Positions 9,773 through 20,280 are shown, counted from the stretch's first letter. The stretch: 34,650 nucleotides of DNA from Promethearchaeota archaeon (GCA_014728035.1 WJMJ01000120.1:1-34650); one strand, 5' to 3'. Numbers and translations: made by a program. The notes: generated by a model from the letters alone, not told the origin.

Positions 9773-10690
9773 ATGAAAATACTTGTATTAGGTGGCACCG
9801 GATTTCTCGGTTCTCGAATAGTTGATAGATTGATTAACTTGAATCATACAGTTTCTGTGATTACGCGAAATGAGGATAATATTGTCAAACTTCAGGAAAA
9901 AGGAGTTCAAGGTTATGTCGGAGATCTGATGAATCCAGTTTTTATCAAAGAAATACCCAATCATGATTTTGTAGTAAATGTTGCAATGCCGCTAGAATTC
10001 GGTAGAATATCCAAAAAGAAACTGGATAAGATGAGAAAAAGAACTACCAAGTTTGTATCTACCGCATTAATGGCTGGTCGCCAATTTGATTGTCCTACAG
10101 TTCTGACTCTTGGAACCAGTTTCAAAACCGAAGGAAATGAAGTTGCTGATGAGAGTTGGCCTCTAGTAAGAGAAGGACTCGCTGCTGTTGGAGATGAGGC
10201 TGATGAAATAATTTTAGATGCTGTTAATCAGGGACAACCGATTATCAGAATGTATCCTGGACAGATTTACGGCCCAGGTGGTCAAATGAAGAAGATGTAT
10301 GATATGATGATGTCAGGTAAATTTGGTCTGATAGGTGATGGTGAAAATTACATCCCAAGAATACATGTAGAAGACTGTGCAGAAGCATTTGTTTTGGCAA
10401 TTGAGAAAAATGCAGTAGGAGAGAAATACATCATAGCAGATGATACACCTGTTACTATGAAGGATTTCACATATTACATGGCTGAGCTTGCAGGCAAAGA
10501 AAAAGTACGAAAGATTCCCAAACTTTTAGCACGACTCATAATGGGAAAAGCATTGGTAAAAACAATGGAGATGAATTGCATTGTTACAAATGAGAAAGCG
10601 AAAAGAGAACTTGGTTGGTCTCTTCGCTATCCTTCATATAAAGAAGGTCTCAAGGTCACCATAGCTGAATTGGACAAATCAGGTGGCTAA
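9773..10690 (+). CDS. NAD-dependent epimerase/dehydratase (extended SDR)
   Basis: GGTGFLG Rossmann motif, IYGPG, IHVEDCA, KAKRELGW. Confidence 0.9.
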   Translation: MKILVLGGTGFLGSRIVDRLINLNHTVSVITRNEDNIVKLQEKGVQGYVGDLMNPVFIKEIPNHDFVVNVAMPLEFGRISKKKLDKMRKRTTKFVSTALMAGRQFDCPTVLTLGTSFKTEGNEVADESWPLVREGLAAVGDEADEIILDAVNQGQPIIRMYPGQIYGPGGQMKKMYDMMMSGKFGLIGDGENYIPRIHVEDCAEAFVLAIEKNAVGEKYIIADDTPVTMKDFTYYMAELAGKEKVRKIPKLLARLIMGKALVKTMEMNCIVTNEKAKRELGWSLRYPSYKEGLKVTIAELDKSGG

Positions 10691-11644
10691 TTCATCAATA
10701 AGTGAGAGAATCCATTTGTAAAGTGGTTTCCTATTCTTGTACGCATACTCGTAAGGTGTTGTCACAACATCTCCTGCTACTTCACCTAACAACACACCAT
10801 GAATACCTTTCATAATTGATTCAACAGCATGTACACCAAGTCGGGTTGCTAACAAACGATCTTGTCTAGTTGGGCTCCCTCCGCGTTGAATGTAACCTAG
10901 TACCGAGACCCTACACTTCTCATCAACCAATTTTGATAGTTTCTCACCAACGGTAGCTGCATCTCCAGCCTCATCACCTTCAGCAACTATGATGATTGAA
11001 CTCTCTTTTCCAAGGTCTCTTCCCTTTATGATTTTTGACGCAATAGCTTCCAAATCTGTTTTAGTTTCCGGGAGAAGTATGGCAGTAGCCCCACAGCCTA
11101 ATCCTACATGAGCAGCAATCGCTCCAGCATGCCGTCCCATTACCTCAATGAGAAATACACGAGCGAATGACTCTGCAGTATCTCTAATCTTATCAATCGC
11201 ATCAAGAGCGTTGTTTACCGCGGTATCAAACCCTATTGAGAAATCTGTTCCATACAAGTCGTTATCTATAGTCCCAGGTAATCCAATTGTCATACCTTCC
11301 CAATGAGTTTCCAGCCATTCGAGCCCCCGCATAGTACCATCTCCTCCAATTGCTACAAGTGCATCTACTTCCAATTTTTTGAGGACTGATACAGCTTGAT
11401 TTACTCCTTCTTCAGTTTTGAAATGTTCAGATCTGCCAGTTTTCAGGCAAGTACCTCCCCTGTGAATTATTTTTGCAACAGACCTGGCATCCATAGGATT
11501 GTATTTCTCTTCAATGATTCCTTGGAATCCACCATGAAATCCGATAATTTCTAAACCTCGATGAGTTCCAACTCTGACAATCGCTCTGATAGCCGCATTC
11601 ATTCCTGGGCTATCGCCACCCGATGTGATGATACCTACCTTCAT
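10679..11644 (-). CDS. pfkA: ATP-dependent 6-phosphofructokinase (bacterial type)
   Basis: TSGGDSPGMNAAIR, IGGDGT, PGTIDND, EVMGRHAG, LGYIQRGG. Start placed at MKVG, about 31 nt below a TTAATA box. Confidence 0.95.
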   Translation of the reverse strand: MKVGIITSGGDSPGMNAAIRAIVRVGTHRGLEIIGFHGGFQGIIEEKYNPMDARSVAKIIHRGGTCLKTGRSEHFKTEEGVNQAVSVLKKLEVDALVAIGGDGTMRGLEWLETHWEGMTIGLPGTIDNDLYGTDFSIGFDTAVNNALDAIDKIRDTAESFARVFLIEVMGRHAGAIAAHVGLGCGATAILLPETKTDLEAIASKIIKGRDLGKESSIIIVAEGDEAGDAATVGEKLSKLVDEKCRVSVLGYIQRGGSPTRQDRLLATRLGVHAVESIMKGIHGVLLGEVAGDVVTTPYEYAYKNRKPLYKWILSLIDELAT

Positions 11645-11755
11645 GAAAATATACAATGTGAGTATTGGATATTAAGCCTATCTAGTCAAGCGAGATACTA
11701 ATTCCTATATCACAAACATATTAGATATTCAAACAAATGAAGAAAAGAAGAAGTC

Positions 11756-13900
11756 ATGGAACCAATTGAGATTAGATATAGGAGAAGAGACCGATATGGA
11801 ACAGGAACCTACAGCGTCGAAATTGAAGATGGTCTTGTAACTATACCTCAATTAGATGCCAGGTCCTTTGACCTTTCAGATTTGTCTTCATTAAAAGAAC
11901 TGAAATCTGTTGTTATTGAAAATAATCCGTTAGAAGAATTGGACCTAGCTGTTCTTAGTACCTGCCCAAATCTCGAAACACTCAGTATTGAGGGTTCAGG
12001 AACACAGCAAATCGTTCTTGATGATTTAGACCTATCATATTTAAGTGAATGCTCCAAATTTCGGAAATTGAGTATCTCATCAATATCAATAGATTACATT
12101 GACTTCTCATTCTTATCAGGATGTCCCAATTTCGAAGAGTTATCTTTACAACGAATACAAAAAATGGATAAAATCAACATATCTCAATTATCTAAGTGTA
12201 AGAAATTACATAGAATAGAATTCCAATACATTTTCGATTTGCAAGAATTAGATCTATCAGTGCTTGGACAAAACACTACATTACAAGAAATTGTGTTAAC
12301 TCATATACCTCTGCTAGACAGTATTGACCTCAGGCCAGTACAACAGTTCTCAGCACTACAAAAACTCGTAATCGCTGATAATGAATCACTCCAGGTACTT
12401 GACATTCAACCATTACAATCATGTCACAAATTAGTAACTTTGATTATATCTCGGAATACCAAGCTAACTCAACTCGATTATTCTGCACTTTGTTCATTAG
12501 ATAGTCTCCACGAATTAGATTTAGATCGAAATGGCTTTTTATCTCTCGGTTTTAATCCTCCAAAGAATATCAGAAAGCTATCAATTACATTTGATTCATC
12601 TTTTGAGAGAGTAGCTGAATTTCAATCAGTAGAGCACATCTCTATACTAGATTCCAAAGAATCAGAAATCAATCTAGAATGTCTTTGCGAATTACCTAAC
12701 CTCAACATTCTATCTATAAAAGACATTTCCACCCTTGAATTTTATATACCCGATTTGAAAAAACTAACACATCTGTTCATTCAAAATATCGATTGTAAGA
12801 ATACGTTTGATATATCCTCAATTCAGAAGACACAACTGAAGAAACTCGTTCTCAATAACATCAGTACAGTGGAACCAATAGATTTGGCTTTCTTGGGTTT
12901 TTCCCATCAATTAACTGAACTTCATTTGAGTGATATTTTTAGGAGTAGAATTAAAAACTTCTCTTCTATAAATGAATTAGAAAATCTGAGGATAATAAGA
13001 CTTCATAATGTTCGGTTTTTTGAAAAATATGATTCAAAACTATTATCAGAAATTCCATCTTTAGAAAGAATAGAATTAGGATATTTTCCGGATGAAGAAC
13101 TGGTGGACCATAGTGGTCTCTGTCTTAATGATTCTCTTGTTTGGATTGATATCAAATCTAAATGGAAGTGTGACTCATTCGCATGGAGTGTACTTCTGAG
13201 CCATGGTAAACGATACAACCCAAAAATTATCCACACAGGTGGAACTCCATCACCTTATGCAAAAGTGTTCATAGATAAATTTGGTTGGTCTGGTCTTATT
13301 GATAAGATAATAGAAGCTGAAGAATACTGGAATCAAGACATCTTCAAGCATGAAAAAGAGATTCTTGATGGCCTAGGAATTCCAATACCTGATTTACCTG
13401 GAAGGAGGTTTCTAGATTTTCTTACAAATATTAATTCGAATCTTAGTTTTTATGACGGACTAAATGCTATTCAAGAACTGATTATTGAGGATCTTCGTAA
13501 AGAATTCAGAAATGGGTACACAACTGTTATGATCGATTTAGATGAGGTGTCGCAATCGGGTCTTGCAGTACTGGTTCCTGAAATCTTAGATGTACGAATA
13601 GAAGAAATTGAAAATACCGTTCTTCTTACAGGTGATCGAAAAATCGATTTGCTCCCTCTTGCATGCACTGCTTTTGGCTTTGAGATAATTGGAGCTCGTG
13701 AAATGGATCAAATTGTTGGACTAGCTGAACTTCCTAAACTAAAGAGTGATTTCAAAAGATTAGGGATTGAATTGAAGACAACCCAAAAACGAGAAAAAGC
13801 AAGGTCTGTTCTTATCTCAGAGGAATTGAAAGAAATAGTAAAAGCATCATTTAGTGCATGGGCGAATACGGCTTTCAGAAAAGGGGATATCAAATTGTAA
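11756..13900 (+). CDS. Leucine-rich repeat protein (paralogue 2)
   Basis: LDLSxL repeats; shared N-cap and C-terminal domain. Confidence 0.9.
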   Translation: MEPIEIRYRRRDRYGTGTYSVEIEDGLVTIPQLDARSFDLSDLSSLKELKSVVIENNPLEELDLAVLSTCPNLETLSIEGSGTQQIVLDDLDLSYLSECSKFRKLSISSISIDYIDFSFLSGCPNFEELSLQRIQKMDKINISQLSKCKKLHRIEFQYIFDLQELDLSVLGQNTTLQEIVLTHIPLLDSIDLRPVQQFSALQKLVIADNESLQVLDIQPLQSCHKLVTLIISRNTKLTQLDYSALCSLDSLHELDLDRNGFLSLGFNPPKNIRKLSITFDSSFERVAEFQSVEHISILDSKESEINLECLCELPNLNILSIKDISTLEFYIPDLKKLTHLFIQNIDCKNTFDISSIQKTQLKKLVLNNISTVEPIDLAFLGFSHQLTELHLSDIFRSRIKNFSSINELENLRIIRLHNVRFFEKYDSKLLSEIPSLERIELGYFPDEELVDHSGLCLNDSLVWIDIKSKWKCDSFAWSVLLSHGKRYNPKIIHTGGTPSPYAKVFIDKFGWSGLIDKIIEAEEYWNQDIFKHEKEILDGLGIPIPDLPGRRFLDFLTNINSNLSFYDGLNAIQELIIEDLRKEFRNGYTTVMIDLDEVSQSGLAVLVPEILDVRIEEIENTVLLTGDRKIDLLPLACTAFGFEIIGAREMDQIVGLAELPKLKSDFKRLGIELKTTQKREKARSVLISEELKEIVKASFSAWANTAFRKGDIKL

Positions 13901-13986
13901 ATCCTAGCATTTTTCATTCAAGGTTAAAATGGATATCCCTCCAAAAACTATTTGATAGACTTACATTTTGAAGGTAGGAGAGTTGA

Positions 13987-16182
13987 ATGAAAAATATTGA
14001 CATCCAATATATAACCCATAGTGGAGAGAAGAATGCAATTCAGGTTGTATTTGAGGATGGATGTATAACTATCCCTCCCATGGATGTAAAGAGTATTGAC
14101 CTCTCTTCACTGAGCAAATTAGATAGTTTACTTGAGCTAGTGATCGAGATTAATTTTCTAAGGTCCGAATTGGATTTTTCTCCACTTGCTAGATGCAAAA
14201 ATCTTCAGCAGCTTACTCTTAAGGCAATTCATCGAATACCGCCCCATATTGCTGAATTTGACTTTTCTCCAATTGGCAAATGTAAGAATCTTAAGAAATT
14301 AGTATTAATCGGTACTCACAATGAACATCTCGATCTATCCTTTTTGTCACGTTGTTCTAAATTTGAAGAATTGGTATTAGAAGATCTATCCAATCTCGAA
14401 AGCATAGATCTATCCGTTCTTTCTGATTGTAAAAAATTTCGTAGAATCAAGATACATTCTTCAAATATCCCAGAACTCAATTTTGAGGGCATAGCAAAAA
14501 ATAAGGAAATAGAAGAGATAGTTATTCGGTTTCTTAATGAAATCGAGAAACTTGACCTCGAACCTCTATCGGATAAAAAGCATCTAAAAAGAATAGTCAT
14601 TTCTAATTGCTATAATCTTTCTCAGATTGACCTTAGTCATTTGTCAACTTGCAAAAATCTCGCATATATTGAAATCAGTAACAATGGTTTACTTGAAAGC
14701 TTGGACATCACAAAATTGGACGAGCTTACGAAGTTGGATGAACTTGTTATCAATGGAAATGGGATTCCAAGTCTAGATAATAGAGTTCCCCATTGTGTAC
14801 ATAATCTAACAATTTCATATGATTCTTCTTTTGCAAATATCGAGTCGATTGAGAGACTGGATTCACTCACTATTTCTGGGTCAAGAAAATATGAGGTCTC
14901 GATAGACATTCTGGGAAAATTGGGACATCTAAACTATCTAAAGTTAAAGAATCTAGAACTACCTAACGACTTTGAATTCCCTCCTATTAAGGGCTTAACA
15001 GAGATTGTCATAGACAATGTTTCGATAATTAATACACCTGGTCAAGAAATTGCCATCAAATCCCTATTGGAAAATAATCAGTGCTTGAAGAAATTGCATT
15101 TCATCAATTTTTCTCCACTCAATCCTTTTACTCTTAATCCCCTGAGAAATAATTATATGATAGAAGATTTGAAAATTGACTGTTCAAAAAGAGCAAGATT
15201 CATTGGATTTGATGTATTTAGGTCATTAGAAGCACTCAAAAATTTATCCTTGAATAATACCCATTTTCCTAGAAAGGAAATTGATTTTGAAAAGATTTCT
15301 GATTTACCATTATTAGAAAGACTAACTTTGGGCAGCATTTGTTCACCAGAAGAGATGGTAGAAGGTCTTGATTCTCAAGTGAGTCACCTACTTGATATTA
15401 GTGAAATAATACTTAGCTCATCACTAAGAGAGTTGGGAATTATTACTCCATTTCTAGCTGATGCATTTTCTTCAAGAATCATAAATTGTTTTCAATCGTC
15501 AACATACTCGCTGAAGGTTATTGTTAGAGATCAGGATTGCAGTAAATCACCTTATGCTGAAGAATTCATTGAAAAATTCGGTTGGACTGAACTTCGTGAA
15601 AGGATTTCTAACTCATTTGAGAAATGGGATGAAGATCTTTTTGAGAATAACTATCTATTACTGCAAGGTCTAGGAGTTCCAATTCCATGTCCATCAAATA
15701 CAAGTATGACTGATTTGTTAAGCACAATCGATGATGAAGATAGTTTCGAAGGTGGTCTTGAAAAACTCAAAAAGGAAATCATCAACGCATATAGTAAAGC
15801 TATCAGACAGGGATTCTCAACTGTTTTTATCGATATTGAGAGAATATCGAACACAGACCTATCTGTACTAGTCCCAGAGATAATTAAGGCACGCTCCAAA
15901 GAGATTGAAAGAACAGTCATATATACAGGTGCAGATGAAATCGATTTGGTTCCTTTAGCTTTTACATCATATGGGTATAAGATACTCGAAGCTAGACAAA
16001 TGAATTATACAGTTAGTGCTGATGAATTCAAAATAATTGTGAGTGACTTTTCACAATTAGGGTTCACATTGAATACTACTTCCGATGCTTCTGAAGCTAG
16101 ATCAGTAAAGATTTCTAAAGGATTGGACGATTATTTGAGAAATAGAATTCATAGATGGTTATTCGAATCACTTTTTGATTAG
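13987..16182 (+). CDS. Leucine-rich repeat protein (paralogue 3, tandem with paralogue 2)
   Basis: LDLSxL repeats; SPYA..FI.KFGW and LVPEI...R motifs shared with paralogue 2. Confidence 0.9.
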   Translation: MKNIDIQYITHSGEKNAIQVVFEDGCITIPPMDVKSIDLSSLSKLDSLLELVIEINFLRSELDFSPLARCKNLQQLTLKAIHRIPPHIAEFDFSPIGKCKNLKKLVLIGTHNEHLDLSFLSRCSKFEELVLEDLSNLESIDLSVLSDCKKFRRIKIHSSNIPELNFEGIAKNKEIEEIVIRFLNEIEKLDLEPLSDKKHLKRIVISNCYNLSQIDLSHLSTCKNLAYIEISNNGLLESLDITKLDELTKLDELVINGNGIPSLDNRVPHCVHNLTISYDSSFANIESIERLDSLTISGSRKYEVSIDILGKLGHLNYLKLKNLELPNDFEFPPIKGLTEIVIDNVSIINTPGQEIAIKSLLENNQCLKKLHFINFSPLNPFTLNPLRNNYMIEDLKIDCSKRARFIGFDVFRSLEALKNLSLNNTHFPRKEIDFEKISDLPLLERLTLGSICSPEEMVEGLDSQVSHLLDISEIILSSSLRELGIITPFLADAFSSRIINCFQSSTYSLKVIVRDQDCSKSPYAEEFIEKFGWTELRERISNSFEKWDEDLFENNYLLLQGLGVPIPCPSNTSMTDLLSTIDDEDSFEGGLEKLKKEIINAYSKAIRQGFSTVFIDIERISNTDLSVLVPEIIKARSKEIERTVIYTGADEIDLVPLAFTSYGYKILEARQMNYTVSADEFKIIVSDFSQLGFTLNTTSDASEARSVKISKGLDDYLRNRIHRWLFESLFD

Positions 16183-16534
16183 AACATCTATAATAGAATT
16201 AGTTGGATAGATACGTAGATTGAAAGTCATGTACATTTTGAAAGATATTTGGTTATTATAAATCTAAAATTTTGGCAATGAAACGAGAACAAGTTTTAGG
16301 ATAACATAGCAAGAAGGATATTTGAACAATCTTCTAGTCAAAATTTTACTATATCATAATAAAATGCCATAATTCATGGAACTAGGTCATTTTATGAAGC
16401 AGACAAGTTAATTAAGATTTGATACTTTTCATATGATGAGGTTATTTCTGTACAGTCTGTCAGACGTCTAGTATTACCAAGACCGTTTGCACTCCAAGGC
16501 AGCAATTCTCTACAAGTCCATAGAGGTGATTTAA

Positions 16535-16609
16535 TTGGCTAAGGACAAGAGAACACCAAAGAAGGATGACCAAAAACAGAAAACCAAAAAGACTGGTAGC
16601 TCAAAATAA
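16535..16609 (+). CDS. Putative 24-aa Lys-rich small protein MAKDKRTPKKDDQKQKTKKTGSSK
   Basis: Strong GAGGTGA SD at 16523-16529 before a TTG start; hairpins downstream. Too short for the ORF track. Confidence 0.5.
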   Translation: MAKDKRTPKKDDQKQKTKKTGSSK

Positions 16610-16664
16610 TATTGTGTGTCTCAGTGAATTGAGATACTACACTATTGTAAGATAGTTTTGGAAG

Positions 16665-16740
16665 GAGAGCTGCCGATGCTCTCCCTAATTCATTATTTCA
16701 TAGCTAGAATTTCCCGATAAAGAGTAAGTAATTCTAGCTA
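16665..16740. terminator. Two hairpins between the convergent small ORF and corA
   Basis: GGAGAGC/GCTCTCC stem, and an 11-bp TAGCTAGAATT (16701-16711) / AATTCTAGCTA (16730-16740) inverted repeat. Confidence 0.4.
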
Positions 16741-16750
16741 CTTCAATTTA

Positions 16751-17707
16751 CTAAACAAGATTTTTAGACCTTAGAAATATCAACAAGGGAATCGTGATAG
16801 CTAGACTAATCAGAATTATCATAATGAATGCTTCATTCTGATTTTGGAATGGCAAATTCACATTCATACCGTAAATACTAGCTACCAATGTTGGCACCGA
16901 AACCAACAACGAAACCGAAGTCAGCGTTTTCATGACTCGATTCAAATTATGGTTTACAATGGAATCATATGCATTCATTGCATTTTCAATCAAGTCCCGG
17001 TAGATTGCTGATAGTTCCATCTGCTGTGCCAAGTCAACTCTGAGTTCATCCAGCCTGTCTTCATCTAAAATCATTCTGCCTACAGAATGGACTCGTTTCA
17101 ATCGTCTAAGTACTCTCATATTAGCTTTCAAAGCGGCTTCCATGAAAACAGCATCACGAGAGAGTTGAAAGAATAACTCCATCTCAGAAGGATAGAGTTC
17201 GGACATTATTGAATCTTCTACACTATTGATGGTTGCTTCTATCATATCTAGTGTATGCTCAAATGAGTGAATTACTTGCTCCCATACATTGTAGATGATT
17301 GTACTGGGAGTTGTACATTGTTTTAATTTTCTTTTGAGCCTCTGTTTTCGTAGAGGTATTTCTTCATTTTGCAACAGTACGATGTCTCTGCCGTTTGTGA
17401 ACAATCCGATTGGTTGTGTAGAGTATTCACGTCCACCAATTTCGAGATTCATTGGTACTCGTAGAACAAGCATCGTAAATTTGTCTTCAATTTGTAATCG
17501 AGGTCTTTCGTCTGGGTCTTGCAAATCCTGAAGATCTTCTAAATCAATCTCGAATTTTTGAGAGATACGACCTAGATCATATGGACGGATACCTATCATA
17601 TGGATGAAGAGCGGTTCATCTGGAATATTGTCGATATCGTGGTACTCTATTCCACTCTCTAATGCAATTATTGAGAGGCTTCCATTTTGTGTTTGTTCGT
17701 TGGCCAT
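16751..17707 (-). CDS. corA: CorA family Mg2+ transporter
   Basis: ERPRLQIED, LNRVMKTLT, YGMNV signature, two C-terminal TMs. GGGTGAT SD supports the ATG at 17707. Confidence 0.93.
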   Translation of the reverse strand: MANEQTQNGSLSIIALESGIEYHDIDNIPDEPLFIHMIGIRPYDLGRISQKFEIDLEDLQDLQDPDERPRLQIEDKFTMLVLRVPMNLEIGGREYSTQPIGLFTNGRDIVLLQNEEIPLRKQRLKRKLKQCTTPSTIIYNVWEQVIHSFEHTLDMIEATINSVEDSIMSELYPSEMELFFQLSRDAVFMEAALKANMRVLRRLKRVHSVGRMILDEDRLDELRVDLAQQMELSAIYRDLIENAMNAYDSIVNHNLNRVMKTLTSVSLLVSVPTLVASIYGMNVNLPFQNQNEAFIMIILISLAITIPLLIFLRSKNLV

Positions 17708-17945
17708 CGATATCACCCTTTTCCATCTTCTTGTTACACCTGCCTTACAGGTCAAATATTACATGCAGTTCTAGTCTATGCGAAAAAATCGTATTGTCGT
17801 ATGAACTGCATATTATTGAGGGTATCTTCTCTTTTAGGGTTATCTGCGGGAGCAAACTTAATTTCTCATAATTGTAACCATATCATCATCTTAATAGGCA
17901 ATGATTGGAAATTGAAGATTAACTATGATTTAGTGAGGGTGCTAT

Positions 17946-19034
17946 ATGCAACAGATTGAGATGATACTGAACATTGGACTATTTGTCGTTGGGCTAGCTT
18001 TTCTAGTTCTTGGTTCAGACTATCTCATTCAAGCTGCAACTGGATTAGCGAAGCGAATGGGAGTTTCAGATTTATTGATTGGTCTTACTATAGTAGCAAT
18101 AGGGACATCAATTCCCGAGATTGTTGCCAGCATTGCATCGATTTCTGCTGGAAAAGCGGATTTAGCATTATCCAACATTGCTGGAAGTTCTCTAACAAAT
18201 ATGACCTTGATAGTAGGTATTAGTGCAATAGTAGCTCCTTTGGCAACTAATCACATTATTTTAGAACGAGATACTAAAATTATGATTTTCAGTTTTGCTG
18301 TCCTTGGCATTGCTTTACTCGATCCACTAACTCCTGGAGTGATAGCAATTTGGGAAGCCGCTATAATGCTTCTGATTATGCTAACCTATCTAACATTCCT
18401 TCATTGGGGACGCGCAGAATGTGATACATGTTATCAATTCCACATATTTGTGGATTTCTTTGTGCGACTAAAATTCCTCACTTCACTCCAAGGAAAACTG
18501 GAACCTCCCAAGATTGTAAAGACAGAAATAGACGTAGATGATGTTCAAGAAACATTCGAGGATTCAAAATCTACTTTTCGAGACCTTACCATTGTTACAA
18601 TTTCAGTTATTGCTGTTGCTATAGGTGCTCAATGGGTTGTTTCTGGTGCTGAATATCTGAGCCTGACGTTTGGCATTGGAGAATCCGTCATTGGATTTAC
18701 TCTTATTGCGTTAGGTACTTCACTCCCTGAACTTACGGTGTCAATCAATAGTGCTAGACACGGATTTGGGCGACTCTTGATCGGTAATGTCGTGGGAAGT
18801 AATATCATGAATATTACTCTAGGATTGGGAATTGGAGCATTCTTCTTTCTCTCATCATATAACTTCATAGTAAGTATCTTAATGGTTGGATTCTTGATGG
18901 TTATATCTGCCATCTTCTTTTATTTCGTTCAACATGACTGGAAGGTAACAAGAAAGGAAGGCGGAGTCCTGATTTTACTCTATGTAATAATCCAGTTGAT
19001 TTCGATATATGTTGCACAGTTGTTTCTTGTCTAG
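17946..19034 (+). CDS. Ca2+/Na+ antiporter (YrbG/CaCA family)
   Basis: Duplicated alpha-repeats GTSIPE...NIAGS and GTSLPE...GNVVGSN. Confidence 0.92.
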   Translation: MQQIEMILNIGLFVVGLAFLVLGSDYLIQAATGLAKRMGVSDLLIGLTIVAIGTSIPEIVASIASISAGKADLALSNIAGSSLTNMTLIVGISAIVAPLATNHIILERDTKIMIFSFAVLGIALLDPLTPGVIAIWEAAIMLLIMLTYLTFLHWGRAECDTCYQFHIFVDFFVRLKFLTSLQGKLEPPKIVKTEIDVDDVQETFEDSKSTFRDLTIVTISVIAVAIGAQWVVSGAEYLSLTFGIGESVIGFTLIALGTSLPELTVSINSARHGFGRLLIGNVVGSNIMNITLGLGIGAFFFLSSYNFIVSILMVGFLMVISAIFFYFVQHDWKVTRKEGGVLILLYVIIQLISIYVAQLFLV

Positions 19035-19552
19035 CAATTATCTTCTCCCTGTTTAAATCCCTTAATTACTCCCATGACTACATCGAGATCAGGAAATTCA
19101 TCAGGCTTTTCACCAACCCAACGATAGGTAATTCTCTGTTTTTTGTTTATTACGAAAACTGCTGGAAGTGATACATGTCGGAATCCATCCATATTTTCTA
19201 CAAAGACCCCATACTTTTTGCAGACCTCTCGTTCAAAATCCGAGAGCAGAGGAAAAGGAATCTCTTCCTGTATATCAAAAGTTCGTAAAGCTTGGACTGG
19301 CTCAACACTAATCCCAATTATTTTTGCTCCCAATGCTTCCAGTGCAATGTGTTTGGTAACAAAAGCACGCATCTCCATAGTGGAAAAAAATTCGAACGTC
19401 TGTGGGAAGAAGACTAGTACGATACAAGTTCCAATCAATTCAATAAGATGGACTTCTTCTCCATCAGAACTTGGAAGTTTGAAATCCGGGGCAATCATTC
19501 CTTCCATGGGGGGAGGGGGATGATCTGAATCGCCTTTGTTCATGTTGTACAC
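19031..19552 (-). CDS. AhpC/TSA (BCP-like) redoxin lacking the peroxidatic Cys
   Basis: APDFKLP, FFPQTFEFFSTME, FPLLSDF, YGV, PAVFVINK. Confidence 0.8.
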   Translation of the reverse strand: MYNMNKGDSDHPPPPMEGMIAPDFKLPSSDGEEVHLIELIGTCIVLVFFPQTFEFFSTMEMRAFVTKHIALEALGAKIIGISVEPVQALRTFDIQEEIPFPLLSDFEREVCKKYGVFVENMDGFRHVSLPAVFVINKKQRITYRWVGEKPDEFPDLDVVMGVIKGFKQGEDNC

Positions 19553-19668
19553 TTACATTTTTTGGGATATGTACCTTTGGATAGATTCGATGATTATCGA
19601 TTATTCCGTTTTTAATACATAGTAGAAACTAACAATTAGTTCGGTCTAATTGAAATCTTCAGCAGGTA

Positions 19669-20280
19669 TCAAAAACTAGGTGAATCATTTTCTTTTGAGG
19701 ATACAACATCTAATGCATCGCCCAACCACATAATACTCCATCTATCAGGATTCCTTCTGTAATACAAGAATATTCCCAAAAATATAATTAGAAATACAAA
19801 GTGGAATATCAAATTTGTAACAATATAAGCTGCTTCAAGATTGAAACCAAGTAATGCAACAATACTAACACAGGGTCCAACTAGAAGAAATGGATCCACG
19901 AAAGGCCAAAGATGTGGATTGTATTGATGCATTGGGAAATCAAGAATAAGATGGGAGAGAACTCCAAACATACAGGAAAAAACTAACATCCTATTAATTT
20001 TGCAAGTTTCATTCATCTGTCTTTTGTCAATATTAAAAATACGTGGCATTAGAGGTGCGTAGATGAAGTGAGTGACTAAGATAGCTAGTCCAGTTCCAAC
20101 AGTTAAACCTCCGATGAAGCTATGGAGAAAGAGATGATCTGGTAAGCTTGGGAAAAATATCCACAAAAATAAACACTCGATATCTGGAATTACGGAACCT
20201 ACTATTAGACCAGGAAGTGAAAATCTCCACAATTTCGAGATACCGAATGAAAATGGGTAATGTAAAGGAGGAACTGGCAT
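19669..20280 (-). CDS. DUF4184 / YdjM-like membrane metal-dependent hydrolase
   Basis: N-terminal P..H, GSVIPD, HSF and SHLILDFPMH motifs; multiple TMs. Confidence 0.75.
   Translation of the reverse strand: MPVPPLHYPFSFGISKLWRFSLPGLIVGSVIPDIECLFLWIFFPSLPDHLFLHSFIGGLTVGTGLAILVTHFIYAPLMPRIFNIDKRQMNETCKINRMLVFSCMFGVLSHLILDFPMHQYNPHLWPFVDPFLLVGPCVSIVALLGFNLEAAYIVTNLIFHFVFLIIFLGIFLYYRRNPDRWSIMWLGDALDVVSSKENDSPSF

Noticed and set aside
5659-16182. Diversity-generating retroelement or CRISPR array acting on the LRR genes
   Set aside because: No reverse transcriptase, template/variable repeat pair, cas gene or regularly spaced repeats were seen.
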